DNA of 63,959 nt, counting the filler, from Lenisia limosa (taxonomy: Eukaryota > Protista > Breviatea), in the NCBI GenBank assembly GCA_001655205.1. It is 13 parts of 13 records of this genome, joined end to end, with 100 filler letters (N's around TTAATTAATTAA, not from the genome) between each part and the next. Parts side by side here need not be neighbours in the genome. Positions count along the whole stretch, not along the records: positions 20,529 to 26,128 come from LPNZ01001100.1; positions 26,229 to 39,377 come from LPNZ01002921.1; 11 more parts are not named here. One strand, written 5' to 3'. Shown piece after piece: positions 24,801 through 36,942 of the stretch. The first letter of the stretch is position 1, and every line of letters begins with the position of its first letter. The notes beneath the pieces were generated by a model. The model made no database searches, had not been told where the DNA came from, and worked only from the letters and a program-made list of their open reading frames with translations. The position numbers and the translations under genes are program-made.

Positions 24801-25727
24801 TGTATAACATGCAATGAGACATTTTATGGTTTCTACGCTTTGCCCTCATACATTTGTTCCTGCACAAAGGCGGGTTGATTTGGGTTCCCCAGTATTTCCA
24901 ATAGAACCCCATGTAATTATGAAATCTGATGAAATGTATGATTCTCAAATACAATATGGATTCCCACGACGATACATGTTGGTTTTTTTTTTTTTTGACC
25001 AACACCCACCCCCTTTGAATTTTTAGCGTCACCTGTGGATCTCAACGTCAGTTCATCACAAATCCTGTGTTCAATAAGACTGCTTATGAGAGAGCTGCAG
25101 ACAAAGTATGATCAAGTGTTTATGTTATCGTTTGTTTTTTTATAACTCAGAATGAACCAAGTGTTTGTCTTTTGTCTTCTGTCTTATTGCCTAGATTATG
25201 AAATTGCACCAGTTCAAGTCATACTTCTCAAGACCACCACCAGTATGCAAAGGACCAGTAAATGCTACTAATGACTCTGCTTTATTCACACAACTACATG
25301 CTCATTGCTTTTCTGATGCTACATATGATATGCGTATACTATGATATACTATGATATCCATATTCAGCTATGGGCACAAGTTTGGATCACCAGCAAAACT
25401 GTTTTATTTATGATGGGCTTTTCGAGAGTTCCAAAAAACTGGATCATTTGATAATTCCTCTATCATGTCCTTTCGATTTTGGGAACACAAGAAAGCCCCG
25501 ATACTAATCCCATCATCAGAGAAATACCTATCAACACTGCTTTATGCATGCTTTAGAACTGAGGCCAGTTAACACTCTCCTTACCTCGAATACTGACTGA
25601 AATTATCAGGAAGTAGTGCCACCGGAATTGGCTCGGATTCCAACACACATGCCCAACGTGATTGTTGTTATGATTGACACGTTGTCGCGTGCGCATTTCC
25701 ACCGCTCACTTCCCCTCTCGGTTAAGG
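21877..25727 (+). CDS. Multi-TM protein with a DUF229-type (alkaline phosphatase/sulfatase fold) domain; 3' partial
   Basis: Hydrophobic exons (~21877, ~22437-22580, ~22900-23050, ~23185-23258), then luminal Cys-containing exons, then PNVIVVMIDTLSRAHFHRSLPLSVKALK (25650-25730), which matches the DUF229 NV+++.+D++SR..F.R.LP motif. That all exons belong to one gene is inferred. Confidence 0.6.
22233..22302. mobile_element. MITE family M2 (~65-75 bp hairpin, TA|CAGT ends, Tc1/mariner-like); also 9137-9200, 14054-14130, 48799-48871
   Basis: TA|CAGTCACCGGGATAAGTATTGA...TCAAGACTTATCCCAGTGACTG|TA; the other three copies share GATAAGT(A/C)TT...ATCG(G/T)TCAAG. Confidence 0.85.
24083..24171. mobile_element. 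MITE M1 copy
   Basis: GGGCTTCACTTCGGTTCA...TCGTGAAGCCC|TA, inside an intron starting at 24065. Confidence 0.85.
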
Positions 25728-26329
25728 CACTCAAGTATGCTGTGGTGAAACTAGAGAAAGATGGTGCTGGGGGAGGGGGAGAGGAGTCACAGGACTATTT
25801 GATTGGCTTCTGTGACCAGTTACATTCTTGAAAGCATGAATAAATGATGAGTACTGGTCATTTAAACCGGTAAAAAATGATGAGCATACCGCTTTATTCT
25901 TTGTTGAATATTAACGTGGATATTTGAAGACTGTTGAATATTATCAATCATGAGGTTTGGGACGAGGGGTTCATGGTATGTGATAGATTATGATGTATTT
26001 CCCATGCGCAACAAATAAAAGCAAGGGGATGATATAGGCCTTCCCTCGCCCCCCCTCCCCTCCAATGGGATACAGAAGCGACTGGCCTGGCCTTTGTTTT
26101 GTTTGTTGTTCTCAACATTCGTGTGTTTNNNNNNNNNNNNNNNNNNNNNNNNNNNNNNNNNNNNNNNNNNNNTTAATTAATTAANNNNNNNNNNNNNNNN
26201 NNNNNNNNNNNNNNNNNNNNNNNNNNNNGAGTTTTGATGTGTCCGGGAATTTTGAATGATGTCCGGAGCTTTGACTATACATATATATGATATATATTGT
26301 ACATGTATTATATTTTATACTATATGAAC

Positions 26330-28250
26330 TCAGAAGTTACCCACTGCTCCCCCCACATTTGGTAAAGTAAGTGCAGCGTCGGTCCAGTGGAAGAAACTTG
26401 GCCGTGTCAGTGTTTGAAGTATCAAAACTGAATTCCACTAAACTTGGTCAGCTCAACAATGTTCAGTCTTAGGCATCACAGAAGTTTTAAACAAACATGA
26501 ATTGGAGACTAATCGGTGGTGATAAAAGAGTGAATTTTCACAGTCTCTTTCTTCAATAGTTTGAGCCGTTGTAAAGTCACAATTTTTCCTGACAATCTAA
26601 AATATCAGCTGATCATGTGGAGATTTTAGTACATAAAAGTGGTTGTTAGCAACTATTACAGTACCTGAAACACACTTCGCTCCAGATGTTTGACGTTGCC
26701 GTTGACTGAATAATCAGTCAAAAGAACAGAAAATCCTCAAGGTGTCATGGTGCCTTACTATCAATAAACTGCACTCCATTTTCATTGTGCTTAAAGTTGG
26801 CAACATCATCTGCCAAAGGGGTCACAGTAACTGACTTCATAATCTGATCTGAATCAGGTATTTGCACGACCTTAGACCCTAGAGGTGTCATGATTTGCCT
26901 TGAATCAATAAGCATATTCATCAAATAACTCAGACTCTTCCCCTAAACAAACCTGATTTTGCTATTAGAATTCCATCAACAAAGTCGTGAGTACTGGGCA
27001 GTATTTGAATGCCACTTATTCCATAAACCTTATCTTTGCTAAAAAAATGATGAGAAACAAAAATCATTTCAAGACAGAATAACCACCAGTTTACCCTGCA
27101 GGGACCAATCCATCAGAATCGAAAGGTATCAAAAAGAGACTACTGTCTGGGAGGTGAAAATGAGTTAATAAATAGTTTCGATCTTCTTTATTATTGTTCA
27201 CAAACGTTTAGCAACAGCCATATCTCCATTGAGACAAAAAAGGTCAACATAAGTACCCGAGTGAGTGATTGGAACAGATTCACTCTAAAAATCATGAGAG
27301 CATAACACAACAAAACATCATTTTATCTTGCTTACATTGACAACATTCGACACATCAAGAGAATAGAGCGTATTGGTATCTGTTAGAAAGTATACAATCG
27401 AAACACTATCTCTAAAGATAATTAACGAAACTATTATCTTTGTTTCTCAGCAAACACCACCAACTTGACAAGACACGCCTTTATCACTGATTCCTCTAGC
27501 ACCAATGTGTTAAGATTCAATACCAGCTGTCAAGTTAATCGAGTATATATAACTCTCTAATAAGGGACAGAATATAGGTTGCAAAATGAGATATCAATAT
27601 CACTTCAAACTTGTTTTATAATATTATAACAACAAATGGTTGCAAATACATAATTTTGGTGCCAGCTGATGTAACATGATACCGTAGGACCATCCAACAT
27701 TGTGTGTGGTATTGAGAGTTCCAGCTTCGCCTCCTAGCGCCTTTCCAATCACCTTGACTACCTGACCATCTGCATCTAAAAGGATCATAATCAGGAAGTA
27801 AGCTGAAGAAAGAGTTCAACACTTCAAAAATCCGCCAGTTGTAGCAATGAAATTCCTCAAGGCCCACATTGGAAAATCTGAGATAAGAAGATCAAAAGCA
27901 AATACGCCCATAAGGGTACATTCCGAAAAGGCATATTGCCAGACCCCAAGAACTGTGCTTGCTTCTCCTTTCTCTAATCTTCTTGTTTAGTAGTTCGTAA
28001 TTAAAGCATGGAAGAAGAGAGAAAGAGGATTACATACTTTATCCATTTGAGAGATTGTCCCAAAAAGGAAATTTCGGTCCGGGTAAGCATTTTTACCTGG
28101 TATTCATCAAAAAATTCCCAGGTACCTCAATCCTCAATCCCTGTGCCTGCTTGCCTTATATGGCAAGTTATGGCTTTAATTTCAAATCCATGAAGCTACC
28201 TCTCGAAAGCAGTGTTCCAATGATAATTATCTCTATTTTATAGTAGAACT
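26330..28250 (-). CDS. Uncharacterised gene with many short introns; 3' partial
   Basis: Exons such as DADGQVVKVIGKALGGEAGTLNTTHNVGWSYG, SESVPITHSGTYVDLFCLNGDMAVAK and QIMTPLGSKVVQIPDSDQIMKSVTVTPLADDV have canonical gtaag/gtact donors on the minus strand. Confidence 0.5.
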
Positions 28251-28293
28251 TAGTAGTAGTTGACCTTATACTCCCCTAATGCTGTAACTCCCC

Positions 28294-31200
28294 ATGTCTT
28301 TTTTTGCTATCCGTTCAATCTTTTTTATTGCTCTTCTCTTTGCTTTTTTCAGTTTTTCCAATGAATTAGTGTTTCAAAAGAAAGTTCTCCCACCAAAAAT
28401 ACGAATCAACAGCGAGAAATCCCGAATACCATGCCAGGTGAGCTCTATCCGTGTACCACTATCCAGAATGTTAACATCAACTTTTTAGTACCATACGGGA
28501 CGCTTATGACTTTGTAGGTGATAAAAGAAGCGGTTGCAAAAAGTAATTCTGAGATTGTCATTAATGATGTGAACATTGCTTTTGCATGCCAACAGAATCG
28601 GAGGGATAATGACACCATTCCCTTCATTCCCTGTATGTCTTGAGTATACGTTCACAATGCTCCATTCTCGGATGATACAATTTGATTTTACCTAATCAGT
28701 GGTTCCCGCCAACACCACAAATATAGAGTACACGGGAATCGAGGAGCTGCCTATCAAAATGGTCTTCATTTTCTTCAGAGTAGGAGGTCTTGTAAACAAA
28801 CAATTATCAAAAATACATAATATTACATTTGGGTCAATATATGACATCTTATGGTCTCTACCATTTGCCTTTAATGCTGTAACTATGTAGGATGGTGGAA
28901 GTGACCTCGGATGGGAGGTTTGTTTATTTCTAAAATTTACCGAAGTTAACTGATTTCCATACCGAATACTTCATAACATGTTTTCTTGACCCTACCAGAA
29001 TAGCTTCAGTAAGGCCAGACTCAAAATTGAAGACACGTTTACAACCGATGTTGTGGTGGGAATCTTAAATTGTCACAATTTACCATTAACTTGAACAAAT
29101 AGAGTATTGTGAAGAAAAATATTTTCACCAGATTTCACAAAGACTCCCCCAGATTTCACGTGTCTTTACCCGAATCCAGAACATTGACCAATTTTTGACT
29201 GTATTTCGAGAAGTGGAGTAAGCATGGTGCTTCTTTGAAATACTTCTTATATGGTAAAAAATTGTGTTTCACTTTCAACAGTTTATAATACATTTTCTAA
29301 CACTGAAGTGACTGGGCCGACATTATAGTCACAACGTCCTTCGAGCTCAAATTCATTGTATGCAAAGAGGCCATTGTCTTATGATGACAGCTTATGACTT
29401 ATCACTGTACCACTGTACAAACTGTGTACTAAGTACTATAGGAAGAGTACTACAGAGAAAACCGCCTGATTAAACGCCTTGTAGTTCTCACCAAGTTGGT
29501 AGAATCTCATGTGTTCTGTACAATACTAATAGTAAACAAGTACTGGGTATGATTCCTCACCACCATTCCATTAGAGTCATTGACGAAAACCCCTTCAGCT
29601 ACCCAAGTCCTATCTCGTCTATTCCTTTCACTGAGTGGGTTATTTGATATATCATACTACCTTCCAGTTTCTGCCCAAGGTTTATCCTTACATTTAACAG
29701 TCAAGACTATTCGCATTTATTGCTACATATTTACAAAGCAGTATTTTGTTGGTCATTTAACTTATCAGTGACGGAGGACGATTTCTTTCGGGTATCACAG
29801 CAGGAGCAGGGTCTCTGACTGGCTGCGTGAGTTCTGAATTGAATTAAACGCAAGCATTTACAATTAAGGTATGTGTCTTTGCTCCAGGAGGTGTAACCGA
29901 GAGAAACAGATCAATGAAAGCGTTCCTGATTGGTATGGAGTGATGGGGAATCTTGGTACATATTTATTTATCTATTGTAATTGTCTTGTAACCTATTTCC
30001 ATCATGTATGGTTTGAATTAAACTCAATATTAACAAAATTTTGGATAATTTAATCTGTATAGGAATGAAAACTGCCAATCCTATGGTAGGTAAATAATGA
30101 TGGAACAGCGTTAACCTTTTAGCTTCGCATTATCTATTACCCAATGGGAGTTGCTTATGACCCAATCCGATTGTTCAATACCGCCCAAAGTGCCAAGGAA
30201 AAATATGTTGGCGTGATTTCAGTGTTTGCCCTTATCAAATATCTTCAAAAAATGGAGGTACATATTTGATATTAAATATGACAATTATTCAGACAGTAGT
30301 GTTCTTGTGAAATGACATGTGCAGGATTGTGACGTTTTTGGTGGCGAAATGGCAACCGATGCGTATCAAAGAGGTGGCCTGTTACTGGGGGTAGTTTCAT
30401 AGATGATATCATATTATGTGTCTTGAATGAATAATCACAATTTTTGGAGTTACATGTTAATTCTTATTATTTCAGCTGCAGCTGATAATGGCGTATACAG
30501 TGTTGGATACCAGTCCAACAGAAGATTATACATTGGTGATAGTGTCCTTGTAAGTGATGTAAGCTGGGATGGGTATTCATTTAAGTTTAAAGTCAGATTC
30601 ACACAATTAATCGGTGTAGTCAGTTAACTGGGCAGTTTATCTCATTAACGTGGTGAGTGGGATGAAAGTCAATGCAACAGAATCTGACATGTTTTGGTCA
30701 ATAACACAACAGGTACAAAACCTGATCAACAACGAGTATGGTATTGAGCCCCTCAGAAGACAGACCCATAGGGAAGGAGCAGTCTCTGTCACAAACTTTA
30801 GCCCAAATGTTCCAGAGGTTGGTTTAATTGAGCTTTTGATAATAACTTAGTATAATTTCTAATCTGTGCATACTCCTTTTGCCAAAGCCCTGTCACCTTC
30901 ACTTCACAACAGGTGGTGCGTTTCCACGTTACTGAGCGCATCAATGACGAAGATATGCTTCCATTTTGCGGACATTTTGTAGACCTCCCAGCTGGTGAAT
31001 GTTTGGTATGCTTCATCCAATTGAAATCTTACATCATTCTATTTAGTGAACTTAATTGATGACATTGTGTATGTTTAATGACTATTGTTTTAGCTGAACA
31101 CAGCTTTGCTGTTTCTCATTAAAACAGAATGAGACAATCACAGACCTCAACTTAACAGAAGAAATTGAGAACTTCATGGACCTTGTCACTCTCACAGACT

Positions 31201-34200
31201 ATTTTGTGGCATCAATAGACACGTTTAGTGCTCGTGGTAGGTTGATTAATCGCATACCTTCCATTTATCATTTAAGTGTTTCGAATGGAGTCCGATTTGA
31301 GACAGTCCAATACACCAAAGTGTGTAACTTCATCTTAGTGGTTTAACTTGGTGGTGTATTCAAAGCTATTCTTGGATTACCATTACCTGTTTAGAGAAAA
31401 GAGAGTTGAAGACGACAGTTCTTCTGAAGAAACTATTGAAGGTTTGCTGATTCTATTTCCTTGATGAGATAACTTGGTATTCTAATCTTCAAGACTTGCC
31501 CCAATGTGCGTTTGAGCCGCAAAACAACATGGAGGGCTGTCTTGACGACAATTGCGCTGTTGTCGCTTTGGTTTTTAGGTCTGAAATTTTTGTTATCATC
31601 CTGAATAAATGTGTCATTACCATAATTCTGGTGTTGCTAACAACCATGTGTAACAGTTTAGTACCTCGACAGTTGTCGACAAAGACACCGTCTTTGAAGT
31701 CCAGCTGGAAAGTCCCCTTGCCTTCATCCAGTCGCCCATTATATGGTATGTTTGCTCTTTCCATGACTCCTTAGCTCGTCAACGGTGAGCGGCACTTTGG
31801 AAGTTGACGTTGCCCCTTCAAATGACGTGAGTGTTTCAGGACAAGGCGGATTAATAGTTATAGACTTCGCTGTTCATTAAGAGAAGTGGTGCAACCACAA
31901 TTCAAACTGGCACTCAAAGACTCTTCATAAACGGTTTGAAGTGACAACGTCCTATTTGAGTTGTGTTCAGTATCATTTTAGCGTATTAACTTTCTAAATA
32001 ATCCATCCAAGGGGTGGTTTGGACCTCAGAAGCATCAGAAGTTGAGGTTATTCTTCTCCAACATTCAAAAAACACAATTGGCGCGTCGTCGTCGACACAG
32101 TTGCATAATCTTGCCAGTATTGCTGACACAAATGGGGTATGGCTTGGATCGATAGGTCGCTGATATCGATATCATGGCATGATACCCTTGATGTAAACCT
32201 CACTACCTATTTAGTCAAATCAAGCACTTATGATTGTGTTGTTTATTCTGGCGTTTCTCTTCATAAGCGCAATTGGTTGGCTATGGACTACGATAAATGG
32301 TACAAAAGTAGCTTATCAAAGTCGTATAAATCCCAGTTTAGACCAGCTGCACTGCTTTTTACAAATAAAACGGACAGTGAACCCTCAATTTCAAACTAAA
32401 ACATCTAAATAAGATAATAACAGTGGTTCAAAGAAAAATTTCCTTCGGTTATACATTCAGCTGGCGCTGTCATCTTTTTGCTGAGAAGACGAACAAGCAG
32501 GTATGTCAATTACGTGAGATGTAATTTGAAATGAACTATCAGTCTATCCAACTATCTAGTACAGTTTCATATCGTATCTGTTTACCCTTCATATCGTGTA
32601 TCTTATCTGTGTAGACTTGAGAAAGAGCTTGAAGAGACAAGACGAGACCTTCTCGTGGGTATCGAGTCCAATTTATAATTCCAAAAGCAGCAGTGTCTTG
32701 AGATTTGCCTACCTACAACGTTCCATCTGCTTCATTTTCACCGGTTCAGGGACCGACAACAAACAATTTCGAGACACCCATGGAGAAGGCGTTGTCCTCT
32801 CTGTCACGAGCAGGACAAATTGTTGAAGGAAAACCAAAAGGTATTGTCCTTGTATACTCACTTTTTAGCTGTTTTACCTTCTCAAAAAAATAAGCCTTAC
32901 TCTTCAGATTACAGTAAAGTCATCCAACTTGTGGAAGACGCAATGTCAATGTTGAGTGACACACGAAGACTGTTCGCACCAGTTATTGGCAACGGTGAGA
33001 GCACTTCAAAGGGAGCTCGATTGTAGTGATTCTGATGACTGACAACACATTTACTGTTCACCACAGACTGTTAAGCTTTTTGAATCCTTTGCACCACTCA
33101 TCTTTCAAGATGCCCAACTATTTGACCCAGAAACAAGAGCCATGCTTTATTACGATTATGGTGCTAAACGTGAGTGATTATTGTAAAGTAATTCATGGAT
33201 TGTAATATGTTGTCGGGAATAGACACAAGCTCATTACTTCAATTATTGATCACAAATTGATCCTGGCATAGAAAACGACTGGGAGGCGCCATCTCCCGTC
33301 CCAGCTGAGACAACAAAGTGAGGGTCTGATAATTCTCTTCAAGATTTGGGTATTCACCTTTTTAGTACACAAGGGACACTCCTTAAATCTGTTATTTCTA
33401 ATTTCTCTGACCATTTTAGTGTAACGCCGACAGTTGCCGTCTTATCAAGAAAGAAGCCGGCCACCCCGTTCTTCCGAGCTAGCCCCAAGCTATCTGAAAT
33501 GATTGAAATCATACTTGACTCACCTGGGTCATCACCCGTGGTTGGCCTTGTGGTGAATGATCAGATCATATTTTTTTATGAGATGCTATGTTTTTTCTTT
33601 TAGATAACTTAACCCTTTCTTTTTGCTTTACAATTGGTATTATTTGTGAAATTGTGCAAGTGTTCAAGTGGCAGTGCATTCACTGTCAGATGCGGACTCG
33701 AGAAGAACACTCAGAGAGTGGCCCTTCAGAAAACGTGTCATCCGACGATGAAAACGAGTGGGAACAGGCTTCAAATTTAATAGCTCAAATGTCTCTGATA
33801 TAACGATATAGAAATTACACAATTCCAAGCGAAGTGGTTGCAATGTGCGCTGAAATGGGCTCATTTACCGGCTTCTCACCTTTTGCAATGAATTTGAAGA
33901 CTGGCGGTACGGGGAAAACTGTGGCCGTCGTTTGAATTCGACAAACAACAAATCACCACATAGGCCGTGTATTGTTCTATCTTAGCATGTACGCGTGTCA
34001 TAAGATCGGGCTTACTCAAATACCTCATTTTTCAAAAGCGAAATTCGCACATTTCCTCACTGAAATTGAAAGAAGGTGGGTGCATAACATTTTTACGGTC
34101 ATTTTATGATGGATGAGCTCATATTTGTGATAGGTACAACAACAATCCATACCACAGTGCAATACATGCGAGCGATGTCTTGAACAGTGTTGTTTCACTG

Positions 34201-36068
34201 ATACTCGAACACAAGAAATTCAACAGGTTGGAAAATGGCAAATGATGACCCCTTGTACATTGTTCCTGATTGACAACACAGTATTCTTGGACCAATGGAC
34301 CGCTTGCTCTTAGTAACTGCGGCTATCTGTCATGATGTTGGCCATTTAGGGTAACCTGGGATTGAACTGGGGTGCTGATGAATTACAACTTATCATAAAT
34401 GGTAACACCTAGTGTTTCGAACCCGTACCTTACCCATGTCTGCCATCCTCTTGACCTGAGATACAATGGAATATCGGTTAGCGAGACTCAGATTACCTGA
34501 TGACTGGAATTCATAGCTACTATGCAAGATAAATGTTATTGTCATCAATAATCTTGAGCATTATTAGACCATAATTGTACAAAGCTATAATATTACGTAT
34601 TATATCTTGTGTATAGTTTACTATACTGACATAATATATAATATATTGTATGTACTAGTATATTATATCATATCATATTACATGTTATAAAAAATATACT
34701 ATAATATGACATTTGGGTTTTGGTTACACTTGAGATCCAAGAATCGTTCCACACTGCAACAACTATCGGAATTCTGATGGAACCGTCATGCCGCTTTCTC
34801 CCTTTCATAGGCGATGTGACAAATGAACAATGGTGAGCTTAAAGAGGATGATTGCAGTTTTGCTTCAGATTCAAACACAACCAATGACCATGAAGGGGAA
34901 GCTTCAGAAGGGACCTTGTTGCCACCATTCTGGCCACGGACATGACTCAACACTTCATGTTTATCGGCTCAGCAAAAGCAAGATTATCAAGCTCTACCCG
35001 TTTGCTTCACCTCCTCATACCGATGTACCTTACCCTTTCAGCCCTAGATAAGTCAAGAAGAGATGACGTGCTTCTTCTCACACAACTCGCACTCAAACTG
35101 GCTGATGTTGGGTATGTCTTGCTGAATTGCAACATAGTCACCCTCATTATGCAGACACACGGGAAAGAAGCTTGAAATAACCAAGATTTGGAGCGCTCTT
35201 GTTATGGATGAATTCTTCAACCAAGTGGGTGCGGGATGAACTGTTCAGTTCCATCCTAACCTGAGAATAAACAATGACCTCTTTCTATGCCTCTTCTTGC
35301 CCCTTAATCCTCTGTAGGGCGACAGGGAAAAGTCTCTTAATCTTCCTGTGGGCTGGCTCACCCAGTCATTGTGATCTGCTCGATAACCCAGATATGTTAT
35401 GTCCACATGTCCCATTCCTTCTGTAACACACCTTCCAGTCTATTTGGTGTTTTAATTCCGAATATTGTTTAACCTTGCCACCCAGGTGTCGCCCTTTATG
35501 GACAGAGAAGGCTCCAATATCCCAAAGTGCCAAGTCGGGTTTTTAAAGTGAGAGGGACAACCTATCCTGGTCTGAGGATATTGACCACCTTGTAATCATA
35601 ATAGTTCCATCCAATAAATATTGACCATTGTAGCTTTGTCATTGAGCCTCTTTTTGATGTAAGGGGATGACAATACCTCAAATGTGCTCTGCCTATTATA
35701 ATTTGGGAGGGGAATCAACTCCAAACAAAATCCTTAATATGTTTCATATCATAGGTATGGGGAAAGCTGATGGAAGACACCCATCTTCTCATGAACCTCA
35801 AAAGAAACTCCGACTATTGGAATCTCCTGAAAGAGCAGGGGGAGGTGCGTCTTTTTATCATACATATGTTTTGATAGTATGGTTCTCCTTTATCTCTTTA
35901 TTCTCCCCCCAGACAGCCATCCCCTTCAGTGTGCGCGAACGAGTGGATGGTGCGTTGGCCTCAGTCCAGCCCGGGAACAACAGCATCATTCATGATCGGC
36001 CTAACGCGTCGCCATGCCCCTCGCCCCCTCCAATCCCTTCAACTGAAGAGGTTGACTCCCCCAAGTAA
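28294..36068 (+). CDS. Receptor-like class I cyclic-nucleotide phosphodiesterase: signal peptide, BMP/PnrA-like domain, TM segment(s), PDEase_I
   Basis: The PDE part is firm: NPYHSAIHASDVLNS (34141-34190), LVTAAICHDVGHLG (~34310-34351), ALKLADVG (~35090), MDEFFNQ|GDREKSLNLP, VSPFMDRE...CQVGFL; stop at 36068. N-terminus MSFFAIRSIFFIALLFAFFS. BMP-like motifs: KMVFIF..DGGSDLGW, DIIVTTSFE, GRFLSGITAG, AAADNGVYSVGYQSNRRLYIGDSVL, NWAVY, GAVSVTNFSPNVPE. TM-like MIVLFILAFLFISAIGWLW (32230) and AGAVIFLLRRR (~32460). Confidence 0.75.
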
Positions 36069-36199
36069 TTTCGATTTTGTACTATAAAGCTATTCTGTAC
36101 TTGGGAAGCCCAGTATTAGCTGAATATAATATCTTCTCACATTGTTATCTACCTCCTTTTATCCCCAAGCCCTACTCAAACCATTGTGTGTCTCACCAA

Positions 36200-36810
36200 T
36201 GTATCTATAAAGGGAATTGTCCTGAAAACATGACTCAAGAGTTCCAACGCTGAGGGGGAAATCAAATCATCATCCAAGCCAATGCTCACTTAGGGCTTCT
36301 TTTCGTTAATAGTAACTTTTTGTGCGTGTCACAATTACTCTGAACAGTGAAGGAAATAAACAGTGAAGGAAATATACTCTGAACAGTGAGGTATAAATCT
36401 GCAAAGAGAAGGCGAACCTTCCTTCTTCTCCTTCTTCTCCTTATTTTCGTGCATAGCGTCAAGCAGATGGTACACAATGACGAGAAGCATGATGGCAACT
36501 CCTTCACAAGTCAAAGGGATGACAACAAAGAAAGCAATGAGGAAACCTGTGACAAACCTCCTCCGATTGAAAGGGTGTACAAAGTGGTATCACTAATCAT
36601 TTTTGGTTTAGGTGGGTGGGGAAAGTGTTCAGAGAGGCAGAGAGAGAACGGGTTAAAAAGTGAAAGTAAAACGGTTTAAATAAATAGGACTAAATACACT
36701 CTGTAGACTAGTTAACTTCAAAAGTACTGTAAAGAGGTAACAGTACGGCCACAATACACAATAAAGGAAACAAATCTGGACCAGTACAGCTCCTTTTGAG
36801 CTCTCGATTT
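36200..36810 (-). CDS. Possible small membrane protein
   Basis: Candidate exons MWKKIESSKGAVLVQICFLYCVLWPYCYLFT and YHFVHPFNRRRFVTGFLIAFFVVIPLTCEGVAIMLLVIVYHLLDAMHENK; gene structure uncertain. Confidence 0.3.
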
Positions 36811-36942
36811 TTTTTCCACATCCTTTAATTCACAGTTATAACAACTAACTCTGTTGGTTCTCCGTTTCCTAAATCTTTATACTTTTGTTTATACATTAGA
36901 AATAGAAGAGTTATACGAAGTTAAGTAACTGAAGAGGCAAGC

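Noticed and set aside
28293-28296. Overlapping start codons on both strands (CATG) for the divergent pair
   Set aside because: The minus-strand start could not be joined convincingly to its exons; probably coincidence.
26280-33500. Possible endogenous virus or Polinton, suggested by lack of repeats and many short ORFs
   Set aside because: Resolves into two ordinary spliced genes; no capsid, polymerase, integrase or packaging-ATPase motifs seen.
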